From Candidatus Dormiibacterota bacterium (GTDB lineage Bacteria; Chloroflexota; Dormibacteria; Aeolococcales; Aeolococcaceae): 64,000 bases of DNA. Under the pieces are notes generated by a model that was not told the origin of the DNA, ran no database searches, and worked only from the letters and a program-made list of their open reading frames with translations. Every line of letters begins with the position of its first letter. The first letter of the stretch is position 1. Location: NCBI GenBank assembly GCA_036561525.1, contig DATBPD010000009.1, forward strand, positions 29,249 to 93,248, written 5' to 3'. The position numbers were made by a program, and so were the translations under genes. Of this stretch, positions 1-9,183 are shown in pieces.

Positions 1-1
1 C

Positions 2-433
2 GCGAAGAAGCGACCGTTCTACCGGCTCGTCGTCGCCGACTCGCGCAGCCCCCGCGATGGCCGCTTCATCGAGTTGCTCGGTTACTACGACCCGCTGACC
101 GAGCCCGCCAAGGTGCAGGTCGACGCCGACAAGGTGCGCGAGTGGATGCGCAAGGGAGCGCGTCCCAGCGACGCCGCTCGCGACCTGCTGGTGCGCGAGG
201 GCATCCTGGCCAAGGTGCCGCGGGCCTTCAAGGCCGCGCCGGTCGCCGAGGCCGCCGTCCCGGCCGAAAGCGCGTCGGAGATGCCGGGTGCGTCGGAGGA
301 GGTCGACGCCGTCGACGCCGACAACGTCCACCTCGGGAGTGGCAATGCCGACGCGCAGGCTGAGCCGCCGGCAGAACCGGCCGGCGCGCCCGCTGATGGC
401 GACAGTGCCGCGGAGGCGGCGACCGAATCGTGA
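2..433 (+). CDS. rpsP: 30S ribosomal protein S16, 5' end cut by window edge, with long Ala/Glu/Pro-rich C-terminal tail
   Basis: Frame 2 from base 2 reads AKKRPFYRLVVADSRSPRDGRFIELLGYYDPL (S16 core). It is continuous with listed ORF 74..433 and heads the rpsP-KH-rimM-trmD-rplS block. Confidence 0.9.
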   Translation, partial: AKKRPFYRLVVADSRSPRDGRFIELLGYYDPLTEPAKVQVDADKVREWMRKGARPSDAARDLLVREGILAKVPRAFKAAPVAEAAVPAESASEMPGASEEVDAVDADNVHLGSGNADAQAEPPAEPAGAPADGDSAAEAATES

Positions 434-684
434 GCGACTACGCGGACCTGACCCGCTTCATCACCGAGCACATCGTGGCCAACAAGGCGGCGGTCACCGT
501 CAGCGCGATCCCGCGCGGCCGCACCACGATCATCGAGGTGACCGTGGCCGAGGAGGACATGGGCAAGGTGATCGGCAAGGGGGGCCGCAACATCGAGGCG
601 ATCCGCGCCGTGGTGCGCGCCGCCGGCCTGCGCAAGCACGAGCGCGTCCAGGTGGAACTTGCCGACGCGGGGCGTCATGCCTGA
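430..684 (+). CDS. KH-domain RNA-binding protein (YlqC/UPF0109 type)
   Basis: 84 aa with the KH GXXG loop 'GKVIGKGGRNIEAIR'. The GTG start overlaps the rpsP stop (GTGA). This is the conserved position between rpsP and rimM. Confidence 0.85.
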   Translation: MSDYADLTRFITEHIVANKAAVTVSAIPRGRTTIIEVTVAEEDMGKVIGKGGRNIEAIRAVVRAAGLRKHERVQVELADAGRHA

Positions 685-1216
685 AGCCAGCTCGCCCGCA
701 TCCGACCGGGCAGCGCCGGCGCTGCTGCGGGTCGCCCACGTGCGCCGTGTCCACGGCGTCCGCGGTGAGGTGCGGGTGCAGACCCTCGGCGGTGACCTGG
801 GGCGCTTCACTCCGGGGACGTCGCTGCTTGCACAGAGGCATCAGCGAGTGGTCACCGTGCTCTCGTCGCGTCCGCTCGACGGCGACGAATTGCTGCTCGC
901 GTTCGAGGAACTGCCCACGCGCGAAGAGGTGGCCGCTCTGAGCGGTGACTACCTGTGCGTCGAGCCGGCGCGGGCGCGATCGCTCGGCGTGGACGAGTGG
1001 TTCGAGTGGCAGCTCATCGGGCTGCGCGCCCTGACGTCCGAGGGCGAGGAGCTCGGCGTCGTCAGCGATGTCGAAGAACAGCCGTCGAGCCACGTGCTCG
1101 TCGTAGCCAACGGGGCCACCGAGCACCGCTATCCGCTGGTGCGCGAGTGGGTGCGGTCGGTCGACGTGACGGCAGGTGTGATCGTGGTGACCCCATGGCC
1201 GGAGGACGAGGCCTGA
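677..1216 (+). CDS. rimM: 16S rRNA processing protein RimM
   Basis: 'LLRVAHVRRVHGVRGEVRVQTLGGD' N-terminal barrel and a C-terminal PRC-like part. Synteny supports the call. ATG 677 was chosen; the track's TTG 659 is an alternative. Confidence 0.85.
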   Translation: MPEASSPASDRAAPALLRVAHVRRVHGVRGEVRVQTLGGDLGRFTPGTSLLAQRHQRVVTVLSSRPLDGDELLLAFEELPTREEVAALSGDYLCVEPARARSLGVDEWFEWQLIGLRALTSEGEELGVVSDVEEQPSSHVLVVANGATEHRYPLVREWVRSVDVTAGVIVVTPWPEDEA

Positions 1217-1923
1217 TGCGGTTCGACGTCCTCACCATCTTTCCATCGGTGTTCCCCGGCCCGCTCGGCGTCGGCGTAGTCGGGCGTGCGCTCGACGCCG
1301 GCAGCATCGAGATCCATGTGCACGACCTGCGCGACCACACCACGAACAGGCATCGCCAGGTGGACGACATGCAGTTCGGTGGCGGGGCGGGCATGGTGCT
1401 CAAGCCGGAGCCCATCAGCCGCGCGCTGCGCGCGCTGCGCGCCGAGGTGCCCGGCCTGCGCACCATCCTGCTGTCGCCCCAGGGACGCGTCTTCACGCAG
1501 GAGGCGGCGCGCGAGCTGGCCGGTGCGCCGGCTGTGCTCCTCGTCTGCGGCCGGTACCAGGGCGTCGACGAGCGTGCGCGCGAGGACATCGGCGAAGAGC
1601 TGTCTGTCGGCGACTACGTGCTCAGCGGCGGCGAGGTCGCTGCCATGGTGGTGATCGAGGCGACGGCGCGGCTGTTGCCCGGCGTCGTCGGTTCGCCCGA
1701 GTCACTCGACGACGATTCCTTCGGTGGTAGCGCGTCAGGAGGGCTGGAGCCGCCGCTCTACACCCGCCCCGCGGACTTCGAGGGGCGCGCAGTGCCCGCG
1801 GTGCTGCGCAGCGGCGATCACGCGGCGATCGCGGCGTGGCGCCATCAACAGAGTGACCAGGCCACCCGGCGCCGCCGACCTGATCTGGTACGGTTGCGCG
1901 CGGTTCCCGGAGGAAACAAGTGA
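1216..1923 (+). CDS. trmD: tRNA (guanine37-N1)-methyltransferase TrmD
   Basis: '[13 protein letters not shown]', '[17 protein letters not shown]', '[12 protein letters not shown]' and '[11 protein letters not shown]'. The ATG shares one base with the rimM stop (TGATG). The upstream part of listed ORF 955..1923 is read-through. Confidence 0.93.
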   Translation: MRFDVLTIFPSVFPGPLGVGVVGRALDAGSIEIHVHDLRDHTTNRHRQVDDMQFGGGAGMVLKPEPISRALRALRAEVPGLRTILLSPQGRVFTQEAARELAGAPAVLLVCGRYQGVDERAREDIGEELSVGDYVLSGGEVAAMVVIEATARLLPGVVGSPESLDDDSFGGSASGGLEPPLYTRPADFEGRAVPAVLRSGDHAAIAAWRHQQSDQATRRRRPDLVRLRAVPGGNK

Positions 1924-2489
1924 ATGTCATCGACCTGCTCCAGCGTGAGCAGGAGAAGCCGGAGGTCCCGGTTCTACGTTCTGGCGATACTGTGCGCGTG
2001 CACGTCAAGGTCGTCGAGGGCACGCGCGAGCGCATCCAGGTGTTCGAGGGTGTGGTCATCGCGGTCAACGGCACCACCGGGCTGCACACCAGCTTCACGG
2101 TGCGGCGTGTGTCCCACGGAGTCGGTGTCGAACGCACCTTCCTGGTGCACTCGCCGCGTCTTGACAAGATCGACGTGCTCCGCCACGGCGACGTCCGTCG
2201 CGCCAAGCTCTACTACCTGCGCGAGAAAGTGGGCAAGCGCGCCCGCATCCGCGAACGACGCGAGCCCATCGGCGGCGGCTCGATGGTCAACCGGCGCGCC
2301 GCCGGCGCCGTCGAGGGCGACGGCCTTCTCGTCGGTGAGCGCGTTGACGACGACGAGCTTGTCGACGAGATTCCCGCCGACGATGAGGCCCTCACCGACG
2401 CCGTCGCCGCCGACGTCCCCAAGGACACGACCGCAGCGGCGGTCCCAGCCGAGGCCGGTGGCGCCGACGAGGAGACGGACAACGGCTGA
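1920..2489 (+). CDS. rplS: 50S ribosomal protein L19 with ~70-aa acidic C-terminal extension
   Basis: '[11 protein letters not shown]...[30 protein letters not shown]...RRAKLYYLR'. The GTG overlaps the trmD stop. Confidence 0.93.
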   Translation: MNVIDLLQREQEKPEVPVLRSGDTVRVHVKVVEGTRERIQVFEGVVIAVNGTTGLHTSFTVRRVSHGVGVERTFLVHSPRLDKIDVLRHGDVRRAKLYYLREKVGKRARIRERREPIGGGSMVNRRAAGAVEGDGLLVGERVDDDELVDEIPADDEALTDAVAADVPKDTTAAAVPAEAGGADEETDNG

Positions 2490-2895
2490 CCCGAATCGGC
2501 GGGCTCCTGACTCTCTCCCACCGGCCCGTCCGCTGCGCGAGCGGGTCGGCCATGCCGGTGAGGCCGCGGCGCTGAGCCACCTCAAGGACCAGGGGTTCCG
2601 CATCCTCGCGCGTGACTGGCGCAGCCGCATCGGCCAGATCGACATCGTCGCCGAGGACGGCGAGACCCTGGTGCTCGTGGAGGTCAAGGCGCGCCGTGGT
2701 GTTGCCTTCGGCCTGCCCGAGGAGGCAGTGGATGCGCGCAAGCGCCACAAGCTCCGGATGCTGCTGGAAACCTACCGATCGGCGACCAAGCGGCAGAAGC
2801 AGCCCTGCCGAATCGACGTCCTCGGACTGCTCCTCGACGACCACCTCGCAGTGACGCGCTGCGAGCACATCAGGGACGCCGTCCAGGACAGTTGA
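2458..2895 (+). CDS. yraN: YraN/UPF0102 family endonuclease-like protein (start uncertain)
   Basis: C-terminal 120 aa '[47 protein letters not shown]...' matches the YraN core. The nearest conventional in-frame start is GTG 2458, which overlaps the rplS tail. A CTG at 2533 would give the usual length. Confidence 0.75.
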   Translation: MAPTRRRTTADPNRRAPDSLPPARPLRERVGHAGEAAALSHLKDQGFRILARDWRSRIGQIDIVAEDGETLVLVEVKARRGVAFGLPEEAVDARKRHKLRMLLETYRSATKRQKQPCRIDVLGLLLDDHLAVTRCEHIRDAVQDS

Positions 2896-2938
2896 AGGAC
2901 CCGGCCAGCGCAGCCTAGATTGCCGATGATGCCCAGAC

Positions 2939-2944
2939 TAGGTT
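2939..2944 (+). promoter_or_regulatory. -10-like TAGGTT, 7 nt before padR ATG (leaderless candidate)
   Basis: TAnnnT hexamer, with a 7-nt gap to ATG 2952. Confidence 0.3.
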
Positions 2945-2951
2945 TTCGATC

Positions 2952-3311
2952 ATGAGATCGAGCATCGCCACGCTGCAGGTGCTCCGAAGCTTCTTCGACG
3001 ATCCCGCCGGCGCACGCTACGGTGCGGAGCTGATGACGGCGTCCGGGCTGCGGGCCGGCACTCTCTATCCGATCCTGAACCGCCTCGAGCTGGACGGCTG
3101 GATCCTTGGCCGCTGGGAGGACATCGACGAGTCGGCGGAGGGACGGCGGCGCCGTCGGTATTACCGTCTCACCGGCGCCGGTGAACGGCAGGGCCGCGCC
3201 CTGCTCACCCAGTACGCCACGCTGCTCATGCCTCCGCCCAACCCGCTCACGGCGGTGGAGATCACGGGCCGGGCGCGGGACGCTGCCCGGCCCGGCACGG
3301 TCGGAAGCTGA
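2952..3311 (+). CDS. PadR-family transcriptional regulator
   Basis: 'GAELMTASGLRAGTLYPILNRLELDGWILGRWE...RRRYYRLTGAGE' is the PadR winged-helix signature. Confidence 0.85.
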   Translation: MRSSIATLQVLRSFFDDPAGARYGAELMTASGLRAGTLYPILNRLELDGWILGRWEDIDESAEGRRRRRYYRLTGAGERQGRALLTQYATLLMPPPNPLTAVEITGRARDAARPGTVGS

Positions 3312-3672
3312 GCGCCCAGAGGACCAGCGGCACCTGGAGCGGGAGGCGGAGCCAGGCCCCGGCACGGCTGTTGGCGGGGAACGGTGCATCCGGGTAACCG
3401 CCATCGACTGCCATCTGGACGTTCGCCGGGAACACGGCCACGAGGAGGGCGGCGGTTGCCAGCGCGGCAGCCGGGCGTGTCCGCGGGTTGAGCAGGAGGA
3501 GGGCACAGGCGATCTCGGCGACGCCGCTCGCCGCCACGATCTCGACTCTCCGCCGCTGCAGTGGGGCGGGGACGATGCGGCGATAGAAGCGCGGAGCGAC
3601 CAGGTGGAGGACCCCCGAGCCGCCAATCAGCGCTGCCAGGCCCGCGAGCGAGAGGTGCCGCCGGGTACTCAT
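3262..3672 (-). CDS. DoxX-like small membrane protein
   Basis: Four hydrophobic segments, with 'GVLHLVAPRFYRRIVP' and 'VFPANVQMA' typical of DoxX-like proteins. The second ATG (3672) was preferred; ATG 3714 is possible. The 3' end overlaps the padR 3' end convergently by 50 nt. Confidence 0.6.
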   Translation of the reverse strand: MSTRRHLSLAGLAALIGGSGVLHLVAPRFYRRIVPAPLQRRRVEIVAASGVAEIACALLLLNPRTRPAAALATAALLVAVFPANVQMAVDGGYPDAPFPANSRAGAWLRLPLQVPLVLWALSFRPCRAGQRPAPGP

Positions 3673-3731
3673 CGGCGGCCACGGTACGGGACGGAGAGCG
3701 CGCAAGGTCGACATACACAGATCCGTGTAGG

Positions 3732-3737
3732 TATGAT
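3732..3737 (+). promoter_or_regulatory. -10-like TATGAT, 6 nt before comM GTG 3744 (leaderless candidate)
   Basis: TATGAT is followed by GTGGAA, then GTG. Confidence 0.35.
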
Positions 3738-3743
3738 GTGGAA

Positions 3744-5258
3744 GTGCTCGCCCGCGCCACCGCCTGCAGCGTCCACGGCCTGGCCGGCGTGCCGGTGATG
3801 GTCGAGGCGGACGTGGCCAACGGCCTACCCAACTTCACGATCGTCGGGCTCACCGACAGGGCCATCCAAGAGGCGCGCGAGCGGGTGCGCGCGTCAATTC
3901 GCAACTCCGGCTTTGAGTTCCCGCAGCGCCGCCTGACCGTCAACCTCGCCCCGGCCGAGGTTCCCAAGGAGGGCACCGGGTTTGACCTGGCGATCGCGAT
4001 GGCGATCCTCTGCCTCGACAACCGCGCGTTGCGCCTCGATGGCCACAGCTTCATCGGCGAGCTGGCGCTGGACGGCTCGGTCCGGCCGGTGACCGGGGTC
4101 CTGCCGATGGCCCGCTGCCTGCGGGCGGCCGGAGTGCGTCGCCTGGCTGTGGCCGAGGAGAACGCCGCCGAGGCGGCGTTGGTCGACTCCCTCGAGGTGA
4201 TCGGGGTGCCATCCCTCCAGGGTTGCGTCGGCCATCTCGACGGCAGTGCCACGCTGCCGGTCGCCACGGCCGGCGTCCCACCCCGCCTGGAGGAGATCGC
4301 CGACCTTGCCGACGTGCGCGGCCAGGAGCAGGCCAAGCGGGCTCTCGAGGTTGCGGCCGCCGGCGGCCATAACCTGCTGATGGTCGGTCCGCCGGGCAGC
4401 GGCAAGACCATGCTGGCGCGCGCCTTCTGCTCGCTGCTCCCCGACCTCGACAACGAGGAGTCGCTCGAGGTCGCCGCGCTCTACTCACTGCGAGGGGCAC
4501 TGCGCGAGCGACCGCCGACGGCGACGCGGCCGCCGTTTCGCGCGCCCCACCACTCGGTGTCCCGCGCCGGCCTGATCGGCGGCGGCAGTGGCCTGGCCCG
4601 GCCCGGCGAGATCAGCCTTGCCCACCACGGTGTGCTGTTCCTCGACGAGGTCTGCGAGTTTCCGCGCAGTCATCTCGAGGCTCTCCGCCAACCACTCGAG
4701 GAACGTGAGGTCAGCGTGGTGCGATCGCGGGGAGCTGTCCTCTTCCCGGCCGACTTCGTGCTGGTCGCCGCCGCCAACCCCTGCCCATGCGGCCACCTTG
4801 GTGATGAGACCGGCTGCCGTTGCAGTGCGCGCGCCCTGGGCGAGTACGCCAGCCGCCTGAGCGGGCCCATCCGCGACCGGATCGACCTGGTCATCGACGT
4901 TCCGCGGCAACGGTTTGGCGACCTGTTCGATGGGTCAGCCGGGGACTCATCGGCAACCGTTCGCGAGCGGGTGCGGCGGGCTCGCGCCCTCCAGGGGGAG
5001 CGCAACCCGCCGCCGCGCCGCCGCCGATCGCGCAACGCTGCGCTCGATGGTCGCGTGCTGCAGGACACCGCCGCGGCCACGCCCGAGGCGACCCGCCTGC
5101 TGGCTCTCGCGGGCGAGCGCATGCATCTGAGCGCGCGCGGCTTCTTCCGCGTGCTCCGTGTGGCGCGCACGATCGCCGATCTGCGCGGCTCCGCCACCGT
5201 CGGCGACCACGACGTCGGTGAGGCGTTGCGTTTTCGAGGCGAGGCGCCGTCGTCATGA
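3744..5258 (+). CDS. comM: Mg-chelatase-like AAA+ ATPase YifB/ComM
   Basis: '(M)LARATACSVHGLAGVPVMVEADVANGLPNFTIVGL', Walker A 'GPPGSGKTMLA', Walker B 'GVLFLDE', Cys cluster 'NPCPCGHLGDETGCRC'. Start is GTG 3744 or 3738. Upstream ORF sequence from 3561 is read-through. Confidence 0.9.
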   Translation: MLARATACSVHGLAGVPVMVEADVANGLPNFTIVGLTDRAIQEARERVRASIRNSGFEFPQRRLTVNLAPAEVPKEGTGFDLAIAMAILCLDNRALRLDGHSFIGELALDGSVRPVTGVLPMARCLRAAGVRRLAVAEENAAEAALVDSLEVIGVPSLQGCVGHLDGSATLPVATAGVPPRLEEIADLADVRGQEQAKRALEVAAAGGHNLLMVGPPGSGKTMLARAFCSLLPDLDNEESLEVAALYSLRGALRERPPTATRPPFRAPHHSVSRAGLIGGGSGLARPGEISLAHHGVLFLDEVCEFPRSHLEALRQPLEEREVSVVRSRGAVLFPADFVLVAAANPCPCGHLGDETGCRCSARALGEYASRLSGPIRDRIDLVIDVPRQRFGDLFDGSAGDSSATVRERVRRARALQGERNPPPRRRRSRNAALDGRVLQDTAAATPEATRLLALAGERMHLSARGFFRVLRVARTIADLRGSATVGDHDVGEALRFRGEAPSS

Positions 5259-6160
5259 CCGTGGCGCCATCCGCCCGCCGGCTGGAGCGTGGCGAACCCG
5301 GCTGGCCCGCCCGACTCGAGCACCTCGACGCGCCACCCGCAGCCCTGTGGTTGCGCGGAACGCTGCCGCCACTGGACACACCGTGCGTCGCCGTCGTCGG
5401 CGCGCGACGGGCCACACCGGGTGGCCTGCTCATTGCGCGTGACATGGCCGCCGACCTCGCCGCAGCGGGCGTCACCGTGGTCAGCGGCATGGCCCGTGGG
5501 ATTGACGCTGCCGCCCACCGTGGCGCGCTGCAGGGCGCCGGTTGCACGGTGGCGGTGCTCGGCTGTGGGATCGACCTCTGCTATCCCGCAGAGCACCTGG
5601 AGCTGCGCGACCAGATCGCAACACGCGGATGCGTGATCTCCGAGGATGGCGGCGCTGAGGCGCCGATCGGTTGGCGGTTCCCGCGGCGCAACCGCCTGAT
5701 CGCCGCCCTGGCGGAGGCGGTCGTGGTGGTGGAAGCGACGGCCAAGAGCGGGGCTCTGAGCACGGCGCGCTGGGCAGCCGACCTCGGCCGCGAGGTGCTC
5801 GCCGTGCCAGGCTCCATCCGCAGCCCCACCTCGGTGGGTCCGAACCTGCTCATCCGCGATGGGGTCCGTCCTTTTCTGACCATGCAAGATCTCTTCGAAG
5901 CTGCGCCACAGCTGCGCCGGTCATTCACCGCATGCCAGCCCACCGAGCCTGCAGGGGAGACGGATCACCAGCTGTGGGCCGCCGAGAACCCGCTTCTCCG
6001 CCGAGTCCTTGAGCAGGTCGGCGCCGACCCGGTTCACCCCGATGAGCTGGCCGCGACCCTACGGGTCGCGTCGGCCGATCTCGCCGCCGCCCTGACCACC
6101 CTCCAGCTCCGCGGTGCCATCAGCGAGGTTTACGGAGGCCGGGTTGCGCGTACCTTTTAA
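5255..6160 (+). CDS. dprA: DNA-processing protein DprA (short form without N-terminal SAM domain)
   Basis: 'VAVVGARRATPGG...VVSGMARGIDAAAHRGAL...VLGCGIDLCYP' Rossmann core plus a C-terminal winged-helix-like tail. The ATG overlaps the comM stop. Confidence 0.9.
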   Translation: MTVAPSARRLERGEPGWPARLEHLDAPPAALWLRGTLPPLDTPCVAVVGARRATPGGLLIARDMAADLAAAGVTVVSGMARGIDAAAHRGALQGAGCTVAVLGCGIDLCYPAEHLELRDQIATRGCVISEDGGAEAPIGWRFPRRNRLIAALAEAVVVVEATAKSGALSTARWAADLGREVLAVPGSIRSPTSVGPNLLIRDGVRPFLTMQDLFEAAPQLRRSFTACQPTEPAGETDHQLWAAENPLLRRVLEQVGADPVHPDELAATLRVASADLAAALTTLQLRGAISEVYGGRVARTF

Positions 6161-6169
6161 GGGCTGCCC

Positions 6170-6201
6170 GGCCAACCCGCCCCGGTTTCCAGGCCAACCC
6201 G
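6170..6201 (+). repeat. Direct repeat GGCCAACCCG x2 upstream of the topA -10
   Basis: Identical 10-mers at 6170-6179 and 6192-6201. Confidence 0.6.
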
Positions 6202-6202
6202 T

Positions 6203-6211
6203 TGTTATCAT
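6203..6211 (+). promoter_or_regulatory. Extended -10-like TGtTATCAT upstream of topA
   Basis: TG at 6203-6204 and TATCAT at 6206-6211, about 63 nt before ATG 6275. Confidence 0.3.
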
Positions 6212-6274
6212 CGGCCGGCCCTCGGCCGCTGCCGGCCCCCCTCCGCGCCCGTCAGCGCGAAAGTCTCATTGAAC

Positions 6275-8629
6275 ATGCCGAACCGCTTGATCATCGTCGA
6301 GTCCCCCTCCAAGGCCCGCACCCTCGCCAAGTTCCTCGGCGCCGGGTACACGGTCAAGGCATCGATGGGCCACGTCCGCGACCTGCCCAAGTCGAAGATC
6401 GGCGTCGACATCGAGGGCGGCTTCGTGCCCGAGTACCAGGTGATCAAGGGCAAGGAGAAGCAGATCAGGGAGCTGCAGGCTGCCTCCAAGAAGGCGGACA
6501 GCACCCTGCTCGCGGCCGACCCCGACCGCGAGGGCGAGGCGATCGCCTGGCACATCGCCCAGGCGCTCAAGCTCGCGGATCCCGACCGCGTCGTGTTCCA
6601 CGAGATCACCAAGGCCGCGGTCGACGCCGCGCTCGCCGAGCCGCGCAAGATCGACCGGGGCCTGGTCGCCGCCCAGGAGGCGCGCCGGGTCATCGACCGG
6701 CTGGTCGGCTACAAGCTGAGCCCGCTGCTGTGGCGCAAGGTGCGCACCGGGCTCTCCGCCGGCCGCGTCCAGTCAGTGGCGGTCCGCCTTGTCGTCGATC
6801 GCGAGAATGAGATCAACGCGTTCGTCACCAAGGAGTCGTGGACTGTCGACGCCATCCTCGCCAAGGGCGAAGCCACGTTCGCGGCGCGGCTGGTCGGCGT
6901 CCGCGACGACACACCCGCCGCCGACGTCGACAAGCTCGAGCTCGGCACCCAGGCAGAGGCCAACGCCGTGGCCGAGGCCCTGGGCATCGACGCCGAGGGC
7001 AGACCGACGGCCACGACCCCGCGGTTTTTCGTCGAGGGCATCGAGAGCCGCGAGACGTCGCGCCAGGCGCCGATGCCGTACACCACCAGCACACTCCAGC
7101 AGGACGCCAGCACCCGCCTGCGCCTGTCGCCTCGCCGTACCATGAGCATCGCCCAGCAGCTCTACGAGGGTGTCGACCTGGGCAGCTCCGGGCCGGTCGG
7201 TCTGATCACCTACATGCGCACCGACTCGACGCGGATCAGCGACGTCGCCAGGGGCCAGGCCGCGGCGCACATCACCGACGCGTTCGGCAGGACGTATGTC
7301 CGCAGCGGCGCGCCCCGACAGCGCGTGGCCACCGCCAACGTGCAGGACGCGCATGAGGCCATCAGGCCGACGGACGTGGGGCGCAACCCAGACTCGATCC
7401 GCGACCAGCTCGACCCCGCCCAGTTCCGCCTCTACGACCTCGTCTGGCGCCGCTTCGTGGCCAGCCAGATGGCCGCGGCGCGCTTCCTCAACACCAGGGT
7501 GGCGCTGTCCGCCGGCGGCTACCAGTTCCGCGCTACCGGCTCTGTGCTCCAGTTCGACGGCTTCCAGCGGGTCTGGAAACGCGACGAGGAGAAGGACCGC
7601 GACGACAAAAGCCTGCCGGCCCTAGAGCAGGGCGAGGGACTGCCCGTGGTGGAGTTTCGCCGCGAGCAGCATTTCACCCAGCCCCCGTCTCGGTACACCG
7701 AGGCGTCGCTGATCAAGGAGCTCGAGGAACGCGGCATCGGCAGGCCGTCGACGTACGCGCCCACCATCGAGGTCATCGAGGAGCGCAACTACGTGAAACA
7801 GGAGGAGCGCCGGCTGCAGCCCACCGAGCTGGGCAAGACAGTCGACGGCGTTCTCCGCGAGCACTTTCCCGCCATCGTCGACGTCGCTTTCACCGCCGAG
7901 ATGGAGAAGCGCCTGGACGGCATCGAGGAGGGGACGAGGGAGTATGAGCCGACCGTGCGCGAGTGGTACGACCCCTTCGCGCTGACACTGAGCAAGGCGG
8001 AGGCCAACATGGAACGCGTCAAGGTCCCGGCGCGCGACACGGGCGAGGTGTGCCCGCAATGTGGCGAGGGCACCCTGGTGGTCCGGGAGGGCAAGTTCGG
8101 CGAGTTCACCGGGTGCTCGCGCTACCCCGAGTGCGACTACATCAAGGATCGCAAGGCGGCCGCTGAGCCGACCGGCGAGGCGTGCCCGCTGTGCGCCAAG
8201 CCGCTGGTGCTCAGGCAGGGGCGACGCGGTCCGTTCGTGGGCTGCTCGGGGTACCCGACGTGCCGCTTCATCAAGGGTGACGCGCCAGCAGCCGGCGGCG
8301 GCGCTGACGCCGCAGGGTCCACACCCGCGGAGGAGCTCGGACCGTGTCCCGACTGCGGCAAGCCGCTGGCGCGACGCAGTGGCCGCCGGGGCAGCTTCGT
8401 GGGCTGCACGGGCTATCCGTCATGCAAATACATCCAGCCCGGCTCCAACCAGGCCGGTGGCGCGGCGCCGCCGCCGCTGGCCGAACCAACCGGCGAGGCC
8501 TGCCCCGACTGTGGCAAGCCTCTGGTGCAGCGGAAGGGACGTTTCGGGCCCTTCGTCAGCTGCTCGGGCTACCCCGGGTGCAAATACCGGCCGCCGCGCA
8601 AGGCGGCGGAGAAGGCGGCAGCCCGGTGA
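6275..8629 (+). CDS. topA: DNA topoisomerase I with four C-terminal C4 zinc ribbons
   Basis: TOPRIM '[18 protein letters not shown]...[10 protein letters not shown]', 'LITYMRTDS' active-site Tyr region, then 4x 'CPxCG...GCSGYPxC'. ATG 6275 was preferred over TTG 6269. Confidence 0.95.
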   Translation: MPNRLIIVESPSKARTLAKFLGAGYTVKASMGHVRDLPKSKIGVDIEGGFVPEYQVIKGKEKQIRELQAASKKADSTLLAADPDREGEAIAWHIAQALKLADPDRVVFHEITKAAVDAALAEPRKIDRGLVAAQEARRVIDRLVGYKLSPLLWRKVRTGLSAGRVQSVAVRLVVDRENEINAFVTKESWTVDAILAKGEATFAARLVGVRDDTPAADVDKLELGTQAEANAVAEALGIDAEGRPTATTPRFFVEGIESRETSRQAPMPYTTSTLQQDASTRLRLSPRRTMSIAQQLYEGVDLGSSGPVGLITYMRTDSTRISDVARGQAAAHITDAFGRTYVRSGAPRQRVATANVQDAHEAIRPTDVGRNPDSIRDQLDPAQFRLYDLVWRRFVASQMAAARFLNTRVALSAGGYQFRATGSVLQFDGFQRVWKRDEEKDRDDKSLPALEQGEGLPVVEFRREQHFTQPPSRYTEASLIKELEERGIGRPSTYAPTIEVIEERNYVKQEERRLQPTELGKTVDGVLREHFPAIVDVAFTAEMEKRLDGIEEGTREYEPTVREWYDPFALTLSKAEANMERVKVPARDTGEVCPQCGEGTLVVREGKFGEFTGCSRYPECDYIKDRKAAAEPTGEACPLCAKPLVLRQGRRGPFVGCSGYPTCRFIKGDAPAAGGGADAAGSTPAEELGPCPDCGKPLARRSGRRGSFVGCTGYPSCKYIQPGSNQAGGAAPPPLAEPTGEACPDCGKPLVQRKGRFGPFVSCSGYPGCKYRPPRKAAEKAAAR
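8051..8590 (+). repeat. Four tandem coding repeats (zinc-ribbon modules) inside topA
   Basis: First Cys codons at 8051, 8183, 8345 and 8501. Each unit reads CP(Q/L/D)CG/A..PL..R.GR.G.FVGC.GYP.C(K/R/D)(Y/F). Confidence 0.85.
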
Positions 8630-9183
8630 GCAGCATCCATTCCACGACCATTGTCGCGGTCAAGCGCGGCGGCGAGGTGGCCATCGCCGGCGACGGCCAG
8701 GTGACCGTCGGCGACGTCGTCATGAAGCACCGCGCGGTCAAGGTGCGACGGCTCTTCAACGACCGCGTCGTGGTCGGTTTCGCGGGCAGTGTCGCCGACG
8801 CTTTCACGCTCTTCGACAAGTTCGAGCAGCACCTCGAGAAACACCAGGGCAACCTGCTGAGGGCAGCCGTCGGGCTCGCCAAGGAATGGCGGACCGACAA
8901 GTTCCTGCGTCACCTCGAGGCCATGCTCATCGCCGCCGACGAGGAGCGGCTGCTCCTGCTCAGCGGCGAGGGGGAGATCATCGAGCCGGACGAGGACATC
9001 ACGGCCATCGGCAGCGGCGGTCCGTTCGCGCACGCGGCGGCGCGAGCCCTCGTCGAGAACACCGACCTTCCGGCCGCCGAGGTGGCGCGCAAGGCGCTGG
9101 AGATCGCCGCCCAGCTGTGCATCTACACCAACGACAGGATCTCCGTGGAGACGCTGGCAACCCGGCCGGTGCCCGCCTCGTGA
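8626..9183 (+). CDS. hslV: ATP-dependent protease subunit HslV
   Basis: '(M)[26 protein letters not shown]...' with N-terminal Thr nucleophile context, and '[14 protein letters not shown]'. The GTG overlaps the topA stop. Confidence 0.92.
   Translation: MSSIHSTTIVAVKRGGEVAIAGDGQVTVGDVVMKHRAVKVRRLFNDRVVVGFAGSVADAFTLFDKFEQHLEKHQGNLLRAAVGLAKEWRTDKFLRHLEAMLIAADEERLLLLSGEGEIIEPDEDITAIGSGGPFAHAAARALVENTDLPAAEVARKALEIAAQLCIYTNDRISVETLATRPVPAS

Noticed and set aside
2458-2532. Treating the yraN N-terminal overlap with rplS (2458-2489) as evidence of a novel overlapping gene.
   Set aside because: It is most likely just start-codon uncertainty. The conserved YraN core begins near 2540, and a non-canonical CTG at 2533 would remove the overlap.
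3161-4453. Long antisense and alternate-frame ORFs throughout the track, for example 3161..4453 (-), 4670..5887 (-), 22700..24223 (-), 41656..43056 (-), 44999..46492 (-), 48515..49999 (-), 61958..63742 (+).
   Set aside because: They mirror genes with clear family motifs. They translate to Arg/Pro/Ala/Gly-rich low-complexity sequence and are the expected stop-codon-poor shadow frames of very GC-rich DNA. No motif supports any of them.
8061-9179. The 5' two-fifths of the 891-aa ORF 8061..10736, and similarly 53620..53886 of the 1012-aa ORF and 41638..41682, 43167..43259, 955..1215 and 3561..3737.
   Set aside because: These are in-frame read-through over the preceding gene. Recognisable protein sequence begins only at the coupled start codon (hslU at 9180, dinG at 53887, and so on).
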